Assembly: GCA_030704615.1 (NCBI GenBank)
Contig: CM060733.1
Location: forward strand, 6,572,001-6,636,000
From: Takakia lepidozioides
Lineage: Eukaryota > Plantae > Bryophyta
Direction: 5' to 3'
Length of the DNA: 64,000 bases
Shown: piece after piece, positions 49,351 through 61,900 of the stretch
How positions within the stretch are numbered: position 1 is the first letter of the stretch
How the letters are laid out: every line of letters begins with the position of its first letter
The notes under the pieces: generated by a model
Seen by the model: the letters and a program-made list of their open reading frames with translations, nothing else
What the model was told of the DNA's origin: nothing
Databases searched by the model: none
Made by a program: the position numbers and the translations under genes

Positions 49351-51499
49351 AGGGAACCGAGAGATCAGCATAGTCCAGCACATCATGCAAAGAGAAGCCG
49401 GAAAGCAAGAGAGCTGAGAGAGATGTGTGAGCCCCCATTACAGCAGAGGTGATGGGCTTTGCGGATTGCACACGAGAAAGCCTTGAGAGAGACCAGGCAG
49501 GAAGAAGCCTAGGAAGCGTGCTGCGCTCGTCACTGCGATGTGACATGTCACGCGGGCCGACAAATGTGGGGCCTTTCACGATTCGTATTGGGCAGGTATC
49601 TACTCTGGCATCAATTACCCCCCCAACTCTACGCTTCTCAAACTCTCAGTTTTAGTTCTGTGCAAGATTCTTTTGTCCGGGGTAAGGATCAGTGTTGGTC
49701 TGGTATTGGCATTTTGTGATAACATGCTGGTCCTGGGTGGCTGCCAGAATGAAGTACCAGAGGATTGCTTGAATGGATTCCTTGAATTTACATACCAGTC
49801 TGGTATCTATAATGAAGGCATTGTGAATTACTTATGCACTCCTATCCATACAGGTGTAATTAGCTAATTAATACCAGCTGGTATCAATGATGACGTGAAT
49901 GGTATCAAACCAGATTCAAATTCATCACGAAAACAACTAGTGAAGCATGCTAAATCTCCCAGCAGTATAGCAACCATTGATACCGGTGGAGTAACGGCTG
50001 CGTGCTGAGCTAGTATCAACAATGAACCAGACGGGTCTGGTTACCCCGCCTCTTTCCCAGAATCTAATTCGTATCGGCCTAGGCATCTCAGATCCGGGAC
50101 CCGGCTGGTCTGTTCTCTAATACCAGGGTTGTTACCAGGGTTAATACCAGGTGCTCAGTCCAATACCAGACCAACACTGGTAAGGAAGGACTCCCGGGCC
50201 TTACTGGTTAGGGTTTATGCAACTAAACCAAATCCAAGTCCTTTGCTGTAATCTTAACTAGGGCCCCACTGTTGCTTTTCTTGTTGGAAATGTCCCAGCG
50301 CTGTGATAGAGATTGAAAGAATCTTTTCTATGGCTACCTCAGTTGTCCATAGACTCTTGCCAAAGAAAGTGTATTCACCCTAACTTAAATTCATATTGAT
50401 TACGCGGCGGTTATGTGAAATAAGGGGAGGATTTTGGTGCAAAAAGTCTTGAGATTGGAAAGGTCACTATCTCAAACCTCCCAAAATAATACAGCAAGTG
50501 CATATTTAACTCAAACCATCCAGTCAAATGATGTAAAGTTAAGAATTAGTTGGTCTGGTCTGGGTATAACCCAATCATTTTATGATGTATTGCCTTCATG
50601 GCCTCCCAGCATGGTTTTTTTTCCATGCTACTTTTAACATGATCTACAGGACCTCCGTCCCCTTTTAATAATTAAAAAAGAAGGAAAAAGAAGAAGTAGG
50701 CTCAGAATGTGTTGTGTGGATAGTAATTGAAGTAGAGGGACTATTTTAATCATAAGAACTACAATAGTTCGGTAATGAATATATGAAGCGAGACGTTTGT
50801 TTGTTTTGTAGCATCGTTGAGATCTCTCAAACCTTGGTCTCATGATTTTTGGATCCGCGGTGTGGGAGGTATGGAATTCAAGTACTTTTGGTCTTCTGGA
50901 AATTCGGGAAAATATCAAAGTGTGCTTTCCTGGAGCAATGATTGGCCCTTCATGTGGGAGATGTGGAAATTCAAGTACTTTTGGTCGCTGGAAATTAGTA
51001 AAAAATCATAGAGTGGATATATCAATATATGAAGCCTCGACAAGGGAGATTGCAAAAATAACAAAGTGGACTTTGTTGGAACAATGAGGTGGAGATCTCC
51101 CAAATTGTAGGGTCTCTGGACTTGGACTTAGATGACATTGGACATTGGAGGTCGCACTTGGGCCTCTACATAGGAGATGCACTTGGATACATAGGGTATT
51201 GCACTTGGATTTAGATGACACGGGACACTTGGGCCAATGGCATAGACTACCCTAAAGGTCGTATTTGGGCCTCGACATATGGGACACACTTGGATACATA
51301 GGAAATTGCACTTGGTCTTACATTTCAATTCTTCACACATGGGCCAAAGGTATAGGCTACCATAGAGGTTGCAATTGGGCCCTGACAATATAGGAGATGC
51401 ACTGGGATACATAGAAGATTTTACATTTGCTTGCGCTTAGATGACACTGGACACTTGGGCCAACGGCACATGCTACCCTAGTAGAATCTTAACCAACAT

Positions 51500-51750
51500 C
51501 CAGTAGCTCAGTTGGTTAGTGCACTCACCCGGATGATTCTGGGGTCAAATCCTGCTACTTGATGGGTGTGGTATGCTCTTCTCCCCCTTCCCTTGGGCGG
51601 TATCCCATTTGGACGCCTTCATGGCGAGGTTACTATGAAAGAGGGCTTTGCCTTTGGACCCAAGATCATGAGTGGAAGGTGATGCCGTCAAGGTGTGGGT
51701 GGTTACCCTGGTGGCCCCATGGCAAAACCTCTTGACTTCTCCCAAGCTCC
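51500..51750 (+). mobile_element. Possible tRNA-derived SINE
   Basis: A-box-like tagctcagttgg and B-box-like ggtcaaatcc in a tRNA-like head lacking a full cloverleaf. Confidence 0.45.
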
Positions 51751-52995
51751 ACCAGAAAAGAGTATGTTAGTGGGCATGGTGGTTGCAAATTAGTCTGAGC
51801 CCTCTTCCTCTTCCTACTCTTCTTGTGCTCGTCTCATGGTCTATGAAGCCTTGAGAGATGACCATGTCTGAAACCTACTAACTATAAGTATGTGCATTGA
51901 ATAGGCAACAGCAATTAGCTGACTAAGGCTGTTGAAAGATCCCATTGCAAAGACGATGCACCATCAGCATGGTGCTGTACCTCAGTTAAAATCTGCAGCA
52001 ATTATCCTTTGGAGTTTGCAGGTCGAGTACACTATACACCTCACTGCCTTCAAGGACTGACTGTACAAACATGTTGACATTGAGGTGACTGACGCTATGA
52101 GATTTTGCTGGGATGTGGAGCAGCAATCCAAATTTCGCAAAGGGACAGGTTATAAGGGGAGGGGTTTCAGCATGCATAACACTGCGGAGACAGAGAGAAA
52201 ATGTGAGAACTGGATGTAAGCTATTCTTAAAGTTGTTGATCGAGAGTGCTGCAAGAGACAGTGGCCCAAATTATGCACTAGGCCGGAAAGCTGTACAGTA
52301 TGTAGTGGAGATGTCCCTTCTCGAATGTAGACCATGGAGGCTATCTGTACATGTATCCACTTACCTATCATACATCTATAGATCCAGCTGGATACTAACA
52401 AGTAGTTCTCAACCTCTCTGAGCCATCCATGGTCCTTTCAGGGTACATATGTGGCTTTGATCCGAATTCAAGAAACCTGTTAGAGGCAATTGATGCAAGC
52501 CCTGCCCATTCACATGATCACCGAATCTCTCGATGATGTGGGGAGGTTGGGTAGTAGTTCATGTATATATTGTCAAACCAGCATCACTACGACATCTCTA
52601 AGAGGAAGTTAGAATTCAGTGGCTCAATTCAGTGGCTGAGCAGCATATGAAGGGTAACTTATAGTTACTTGGAAACTACTTGCGGCTGCCCTATGGAAAA
52701 GCAGGTTATTTGAAAAGTTGAGACTCAAGTCAGTTCAGCTTATGCAGCCAAATTCGAGTCAATAGTTGTACTTGCATGTTTGAAAGTGTGTTACATTATT
52801 CATAGATCTTTGGAAATCCACCCAAAGTCTCCTGCACAGAACATTGTACTTCAACCAACTTTCCTTTGAATAATTTTCTACCTCAAAACTCTTGTAAACA
52901 AGAGACATGAAGGCAGAAGCCCAGGCATCCAACAGAGTGTAGGAATCCTCATATTTTCACAAGTCTGAATTAGACCAGCGAGGACAGAATTGACA

Positions 52996-55900
52996 TCAGT
53001 AGTATTCTGCCCCATTCCTTGTCTTGCATATGAGGGGGACACCATCCTCACGCCAGACAATGTGATTCTCACACAGTGCAGCTACGGCCTCAACATACAG
53101 AACATGCTCCTGCAAATCAGCCCCAGTTCCCTCTCACAGTTACTCATGACAGACTAAACTAGCAAAAAATATACCTCCCAACCTGAGAAACCTGAGCTAC
53201 TGAATGCAGGGATTTTTATTCCATTTAAGAGGCCACTGGATACTAGCACAAGGAGATCATATCATTTTGGATGGTAATAAATTGTTGAAGGGAAGGTCTC
53301 TAGGAGCTGATCTAAAACATAGGCAACCTGGAAGCATCCAAATGTTGCGAATAGAAGGGAACCTACAACCACTCAAATTGCCACGATCTGTACAAACAAA
53401 CTTGTGCCATCAACAGACATTTGTTGGCTGGTCAAAATGCATGTCCGTACTATGTTGTTGCTCATTACTCCTGAGAATTACTCCACTAATGAGCTGCACT
53501 GTGGTTCTGTTCAGGACCAGGTGGTTCTATCCCAGATAGGCTTAGTTCTGTTGATCATACAATTCTTCCAATGGCTATTAAGTATCCCTGACAAATCTAT
53601 GCAATAGCTTTGGGTCAAGAGTACAAACCTCTTTCAGGACACGAGCAGCCAAGTCCGATGGAGTATCATGGGGTAGAACTGGCACTACCCTCTGTGCCAG
53701 TATTGGACCGGTGTCATACTTCTCATCTACAAAATGGATGGTAGCCCCTGAATACCTGCCCACCACACAGCAATCCGAGTCTCAACTGTCACTGCCAACA
53801 TACTTAATAAAAACCAAATCAAAGCTCAATCTTAGTATTTGGATTTTACCAAATTCCTCAAAAGTTTGTCCCAGGAGCAAGATAGACCAAGATAAAAGCA
53901 GCTTTTGTTGACAGTTAATCACCAGATGAAAATACTCAAGTCTTCTCAAACATTCTTCCCTCTAAAAGATTCCACTTTCAGCGATTGGCTCTGTTTAAGG
54001 GCATGACAAGCAACTGTGAAAGAAAATGTAGCCATCACTGCCAACCACAATTCCGGCGCTACAATTCTCTCCTGCATTAATGGAAGGGATCTCATGCTGA
54101 AAGTAAGTACTACAGGCACCTATCAAAGCTTGCATTTGCAATGTCTAACTGCATCAAGGTAGCAGAGAAACATACGACTCGACTCAATCATCTATGAGAA
54201 ACAGCACAAATCAACAGCAATCAGGACCTCACTTGGAGAGTGCTTGGTCTGTGATTGGCTCAGACACTTGATGTCATCACAAATGATCAGGCAAACTGTG
54301 AACTATCATCAGTCATCACCACCAATCATAGCAATAGTCCAACATGAAATTTGGCCAGGAGAACAGCACATCTCAACAGGTTCATGTGACTAGTGCAAGG
54401 TAAGTGTTTGGCTCAGAAACTTGATGTCATCACGAATGATCAGGCAAACTGTGAAATATCATCAGTCATCACCACCAATCATAGTCATTGTCCTACATGA
54501 AATTTGGCCAGGAGAACAGCACATCGCAACAGGAGCATGTGGCTACTGTAAGGTAAAGTGCGCAGTATTTGGCTCAGAAACTTGATGTCATCACGAATGA
54601 TCAGGCAAACTGTGAAATATCATCAGTCATCATCACCAATTGTAAAGAACTGCCCTAATTTTTCCTTGTATTTATTGTAACCTTAAAAGGCGGAATATCT
54701 CAGCAGGCATTCTGCCTGGCGTAAGGCCCTGGTCAGTGGGTATTCTGCACGGCAGAAGGCCCAGCTCAGATTTCTCTTACTTCTCTTTTTTTCTTTCTAG
54801 GCGACGTGGCAGTGTAATATTGGCAGCGGGGTAGAAATTATGACAATTCTTTACTGCCCTCAGGCTTCAGGCCCTCAAATCCAGGAATGCCCTCCACTCA
54901 GGGCCTTCTCCTATACATAATAATTGTCCTACATGAAACTTGGCCACGAGAACAACACATCTCAACAGGATCATGTGGCTAGTGCAAGGTAAAGTGGCAG
55001 TGTTTGGCTCAGAAACTTGATGTCATCAAGGGAATAATCAACAAACATTTTCCACATCTGACATATATATTTTTCCTGGAGGCACATTTCTTTGCCATTT
55101 GGTCCACATCCATCTACACATCCAAAAGCCTTACCGGGCACCGGAACGGATGACAGCCTCATGCACCTTGGAGCCGTAGAAGCCCTTGCCACCAAATGCA
55201 GGCAGCAATGCAGGGTGTATGTTGAGAACAGCACAGGGATAAGCCTGCACCAGTTCCACTGGTAGCAGCCTAAGGTAGCCTGCCAATAGGACATACTTAA
55301 CGCCTGCAAGCCTACATAAATCACTGTTAGGCCATTCTCCACCCACGCTCTCAAATGAGACTCATTCATAGCTAAGACCTTCTTGCTTGCTTGTAAAAAG
55401 TGTAATGACAACCATATCTATCCCGCAGCCATCTCTACAGAACGGAAAAACTTACACTAACCAACCAATTCTGAGCAAGTTAGACCTCAGAAGCACGAGA
55501 AGTCACTGGCAGCTTGCAGGGAAATACTGAAAAGTACGTCCATCAACAGCCTAAGACGTCCACAACATAATTGCATTCTCTCTCTCTCTCTCTCCTTCCC
55601 TCCCTTGAATGTGGCCGTGTTCATTGTAACAACACCCAAGATGTGCCTGGTCTTTCATACTTCCTGTCTTAATCCTTTCATGGTGATTGAAGAACTGTGG
55701 ATTTGAGGATTTTTTTTACCTCTCTCTTTCCTTGAATGTTGCTAATTATCTTTATAGACAGCATTGAAGAGTTGCCTGATCCCGTTATTATGTGGAGACT
55801 TTCTTCAGATTGCCCGTTGTGTGGGCAATCTGAAGACAGTATTCATTTTCTGATACACTGTCCGGGGTTCTCTCACCAAAGAGACGCTCTCTTCAAATCT

Positions 55901-58900
55901 ATTAAGGGAATTGTGCCTGTACCCCTGTTTACCAACTTTGAAAGTCTCGAGGCTGAGCCAAAAGCCCAGGCCCTCCTGAGGCCTAGTTTTTGGGCAAATC
56001 ACACACAGCAGATTGATGCTTGTGTGAAGGGATTTCTAGAGCATATCTGGAAAACCCAAGGCTACGGCAAACAACATCTTATGAGTACAATATGTGGAGA
56101 CTTTTTTGTCTAGAACAGAATGGGGAATTGGATAACGGGATCACTCACTTGGATGACTCATCAGGGTTCACCCTAGAGGTCTTAACCTAAAGCTGCTGCC
56201 CCATACGATTAGTAAGCTTGGCCACTCTTCTCATTTGGAAGAGGGGCAGGCAAGAGCTGAAGGACCTGACTACACTATGGCTACAAGGAGAGTATCCATT
56301 TAGACTCCTTCAACACTGTGATGGGTTGCTTAGGGTGACGACACAAGGAGAGTTGACACTATGAGGAACTTACATGGACTTGAGTGAGCTCTACTCTGAA
56401 TCTGGGAATACTTTTGCACAAGCAAAGGGCTTCTATATGTGCCCTTGCTTGAGTACTTGGTCTTCCTTGCTTGTTCTCATGCTTACTCACATGGACTTGA
56501 TTAGCTCTACTCTGATTCTATGCAAACTTTTGCAAACCAAAGGCCTCTATGTGTCCCTTGCCTGAGTACTTGGCTCTAGTAACACCTTCCTTTTGGGAAT
56601 GGGTGCTTACTGACATGAGACCACCCCCCCTCCCTCTGGAGCATGGGCTGAAATAGGTGCTACTGAGTTCTGTACCTATGTTGAATGAAATGGCTGAAAG
56701 GACCTCCCTTTCCTCTCCTCTCTTTGCTAGTATGACCTGTTGCAGGGATGACATTGATAACAAACATGAAGTGGTTGAAGCCTGGGGGTCCACAGGGATC
56801 ACTAACATGTTGGTTGGCTGTGATGGATCCAGGTGATGCCACTTCACCTTCTTTTGTTGCAGGAAATGCTACTAAGGGGCAAGAGACTAAAGGATTGACG
56901 CTTTGAGCTCTCAAACCTCAAATCTGTTTGTATGTGTTGATTATGTACACATACTACTGCTGTTTTTGCTCTGATTGGTTTGATGGATCTGTGAGCTTGT
57001 ACCTACATGACAAGGAGTTACTTTAAAGGAGTGAAAGGAGTGAAGGGCCTACTTAGTGTCCATCTGACTGCCACTTTGTACACCTAAAAACTGGTTTTCC
57101 AGCAAGGATACGTAAAGAGGCAAACACATCAGATTGTGCTTAGTGTTTGCTTGTCTAGCTTTGACATGCTATGTGAATCTCTCTCTCTCTCTCTCTCTCT
57201 CTTTCTCCCATGTCCTCTAGGAAGCCTATTGACATTGGGTGGACTTGAAACGGGAGTACATTAATGTTTCTGTGACTAAATGCCGGCCTTGTGACCTCGT
57301 GTCCTTGTTTGTTTCGACCTGAAGCGCTTTGCTTCAGGTAAGGTAGTGCATTGGATTTAGTTGGAAAGCTTGGGGCCTTTCCCTCTTTAGAATATGCCTA
57401 CACGGGCCATTCCCTGCAACTCCCTGGAGTGTGATCTCTGAATGGTAACAAGCGGACTCCTACCGCTTGGGGGCAGCCCCTCCGCCCAAATTGGGCAGTC
57501 GTATGCTCTGTCTAGCATACTCGGCACTTGGGCTCGGGTTGGTTCCTGTGCTTAAACTTATGGCCTGCGAACACAATCAAAAATTAGCTCCTATCAACAT
57601 CAACACTCCTCAGGGTGATCCCTGGGAATTGGTTACTTATGCCAAATCTAGGGCTTCATGTGTAGTTTTTGGGGTGAATCCCAGGATGGACGATGTGTCC
57701 TTTAAAACTACATGCTCTAGCTTAGGCTTGGATTTCATGGCTAATGGTACCATCTCGAGACTTGATAACAGGGGTACGTTGAAGGTTGCAATGACCAAAA
57801 GTGCTTCTAATAGAGTCCCGCATCAATTCAATCTCAAAGAAGTTCGTCCCTTGACTGGCTGGAGAGCGGTCTTAGACATTGGTGATTCAATGGGGCGCTC
57901 TAGGAAGACAACCAAGGGCAACAACTTCAACTTGAGAGTTTCTAATCGGTTTGATGCTCTGGATGAAGTTGAATCCAAACAGCCAGAAGGACAAGATGCC
58001 CCTAAGTGTACGGAACCTGAACGTCCTGAATCTGAAGGATTTGGTACTCTGAATGGTTTACCAATCCTCAAGGTTTACACAAGACGAACAAATTCTATAC
58101 ATGGGGTAATTGTCCCCAAGCTGTCAGATGGACAATCTGTCCCTAAGTGTGCAGAGCCTGAACGTCGTGTAACTGAAGGATTTGGTACTCTAAATGGTTT
58201 ACCAATCCTCAAAGTCTACACAAGACGAGCAAAATCTATACACGGGGTAATTGTCCCCAAGCAGTCTGACGGACAATCTGCCCCTATGTGTGCGGAGCCT
58301 GTGCGTCGTGTAACTGAAAGATTTGGTACCCTGAATGGTTTACCAATTCTCAAAGTTTACACAAGACGAGCAAAATCTACACATGGGGTAACTGTCCCCC
58401 CTTTACAGAACGGTTGGCCATCCAGGAGCAATCACAAGCTACCTAGACGACAAACAATTCACACGCAAAGGGCTGGCTTGCGGCTGGCCACTTTCAACTT
58501 CTCAGGGTTGACCAACCAAAGGAAACAACTTGAAGTGGGACAAGTTCTTCGGACTAATGATATTCATATCTGTGCTGGGCAAGAAACATGGGAAACGTCG
58601 GATAAACTGGTTGGAGATGTCATTGGTTATAAATGGGCAGGTAAGATGTGTACTCTCAAGGCAGCCTCTGCCAAACGCGGTCAAAAAGGGGTTGGATTCT
58701 TTGTCCGTGATTTCTTGTTTGATAATTGTGAAATTATCAACAAGGGTTTGAGGTACGAGCATAGTATCTGGCTAAAACTGAATTTGAAGGGCGGCATGAG
58801 TACAAAGGACCTCTTTGTTGGTTGTGTTTACATGCCCACAGAGGGGACCCTTAGTGCTGACGCAGACAAGGCCTTCGAAGATGTAAAGCTGGACTGTGCT

Positions 58901-61900
58901 TCGTTCCTTGCCAAAGGTCAGGTGGTACTATTGGGGGACTTCAATGCCCGGGTGGGCAAAGGGATCCATCAGGACGATATCATTGGACCTTTTGGTGAGG
59001 ACGAGCTGAATTCTAATGGCAGACGGTTAATTAACTGTCTAGAAGAGCTTCAGCTTTTGACCTTGAATAACAGGACAAGAGGTGACCAAGTGCAGTGGAC
59101 TCGTGAGAAACCCCAAACTGGGGAACGTTCCATTGTGGACTATATCATAATGGACAAAATTTTGTTCCCCCAGTGTGCCAATGTGTTGATCAACAGAACT
59201 GATATTGGTACCTCTGACCACTTCCTGGTTTGGACTGAGATCAAAAGGTGTTTTCCCACCACCAAGAGATCTGTGAAACGTTCGATTCGGAAGTGGCGCA
59301 TAGAAAAATTCCACAATGAGGAGGTCAAGGCTGAGTACGTCCACGCCTTGCAAGAGGCTCTCCCTCATTTTGTCCAATCGCTCCAAGAACTTCAGTCACG
59401 CTCTGTTAACGCAAGAAATGAAGTCGAAAGAGCAGTGGACTCTTGGGAGAGTTTCGTTTCCTCCGTGGCTGACAAGATCATTGGGAGGAAACTAATTGTC
59501 TGCGGTAGAGCAGTTAATTGGTGGACTAATGAGATTAAACTCAAGATAGCTGAGAGACGAGCCCTCTATAAAGAGTGCTGCAATTTGGAAACCAACAGAG
59601 AATTGTGGGCGAGGTACTACCAGCTCCGTAAAGATATCAATCAGCTTGTTAGGTCTCAGAAGAAATTATACTGGGACAAGTTATACAGTGAAATAAACTC
59701 AAACCACCTAAAATTCTGGTTGACCCTTCAACGTTTGTACAAACCGAAAAACGGTCAGCAAGTACAAGCGCTGAAGACTACTAAAGGTGCAGTGGTGACT
59801 TCATCGGTTGACATTGTCAAAACCTTTGAAACTCACTACAGTATCCTTGGCAGAACTTCTAGGTCTAACAGTGAGGGGTCTTCTGCTGAATGGAGGGACA
59901 CAGTTGGAAAAACTGTTCCTATGATTCAAAACAGCCCTGATGAACTGGAGTATATTTCAATGGCTTATAATGCTCCCATTAGTTCTTCTGAGATTGTGGA
60001 AGCAATTGAACATTTAAATGGATATAAAGCTGGTGGACCTGATGGTATTGTCAACGAGCTTATCAAGCACGGTGGCGATCCCATGATAGAGGCCCTAGTT
60101 CTCCTCTTTAACCTTATCTGGAAGACTGAAATGATCCCCTTTCGCTGGCGACAGGGGGTCATTGTCAATCTATACAAGAAGGGTGACAGAGAAGAACCGG
60201 GGAACTACCGTGGCATCACGCTCCTCAATGCTGTTGGCAAGACATTCTGCAGAGTTATAAGTACTCGTCTCGAGGTTGATCTGGAGTCCAGAGGTTGTTT
60301 CCACGAAGGCCAAGCTGGCTTTCGGCGAAACAGGGGCTGTGTGGATCATATCTTCACTCTAAGCCAGATTATCCAGGGAAGGAAAAAAGAAGGGAAACCC
60401 ACTTATGTCTTTTTCCTGGATGTCAAAAAGGCTTATGACACAGTGTGGAGGGATGGCCTATGGTTCCGCCTCTGGTCTTGTGGGATCAAGGGAAAGATGT
60501 GGAGAGTTGTCCACAACTTGTATGCTCACACCAAAAGCTGTGTCACTGTTAACGGACAGAAGTCCAACTTCTTTGACATAGACCAAGGTGTAGCTCAAGG
60601 ATGTACTCTCTCCCCTCTGCTCTTCAATGTTTTCATCAATCAACTCCTCGAGGATGTGGAAAGTGAGGGATTTGGGTTAAGGGTGGGTGATACCACCACA
60701 CCAGCCCTTATGTTTGCGGATGACTTCGCAGGCATAGGGGAGACTCCAACCAATCTCCAGGAGTTGATTGATTGCGCGAAGAGATACTTTGATCTTTGGG
60801 GGCTAGAGGCTAATGTCAGCAAATGTGCAGTGGTAGCATTCAACGACAGAGGAGAGGGAGGAAGTGATCTTAAGTGGCAGTGGGGTAGCCAAGAGATCCC
60901 GGTCCTCCCTTCCTACACTTACCTGGGCATTGAGTTCTCCTCCAATTGTAATTGGGATGCACATATCCGGAAAGTTGTTCAAACTGGCAAGGGCAAAGCT
61001 CTGGGGCTCACTAAATTTTTCCACTGCAGAGGGGTCAACTCTGAGGTTAAGAAAACCATGCTTTGTCGCGTTATTAGACCTGCCTTGGAGTACGGATCTG
61101 CTATATGGGTTGATAACTCCAACCAGGCTAAGTCTCTAGAATCCATTCAAGTGGGGGTGCTTAAGGAGTGTATGTCAGCATGCTCCAAAACAGCCAATGT
61201 GGCTGTTCGGGGTGAGTTTGGCATTCCGTCCTTAAGCTCCCGACGAGATGAATTCAAGGTCAGATGGTGGGGTCAGCTGCAACATATGCCCAACACCAGA
61301 TATCCTAAATTAATCGACTCTATATCTTGGAAACAGGATCGCCCTGTCAAACAGGCTAAGTCCTGGCAGAAGAGAGTAGAAGAGATCCTCAAGGACCTGG
61401 ACCTGGATCCGCAAGTCTTGACCCTGCTGGATAAATCTGACTTAGAGGCTGTAGTGTCCTCAGCCATGTCTGTTGCCATGAGATTGTCTGATGAAAATGA
61501 AGTTAGGCAGAAAACTTCCCTGAACTTGTTTCCAGTCTGTGACATGGGGGAGGACATCTTGGATGATCTCAAGGGTCTACCCACTCTCGGCACTAGACTG
61601 AAAGTTAAACTCAGGGCAGGAAGCCTACCTTTGAACAGCAAACAGAAGCAGAGAGGAAAGGGAGAGTGCAATTGCCCGTTGTGTGGGCAATCTGAAGACA
61701 GTATTCATTTTCTGATACACTGTCCGGGGTTCTCTCACCAAAGAGACGCTCTCTTCAAATCTATTAAGGGAATTGTGCCTGTACCCCTGTTTACCAACTT
61801 TGAAAGTCTCGAGGCTGAGCCAAAAGCCCAGGCCCTCCTGAGGCCTAGTTTTTGGGCAAATCACACACAGCAGATTGATGCTTGTGTGAAGGGATTTCTA

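Noticed and set aside
51500-51560. Functional tRNA gene
   Set aside because: Only A/B-box-like motifs; acceptor and anticodon stems do not form.
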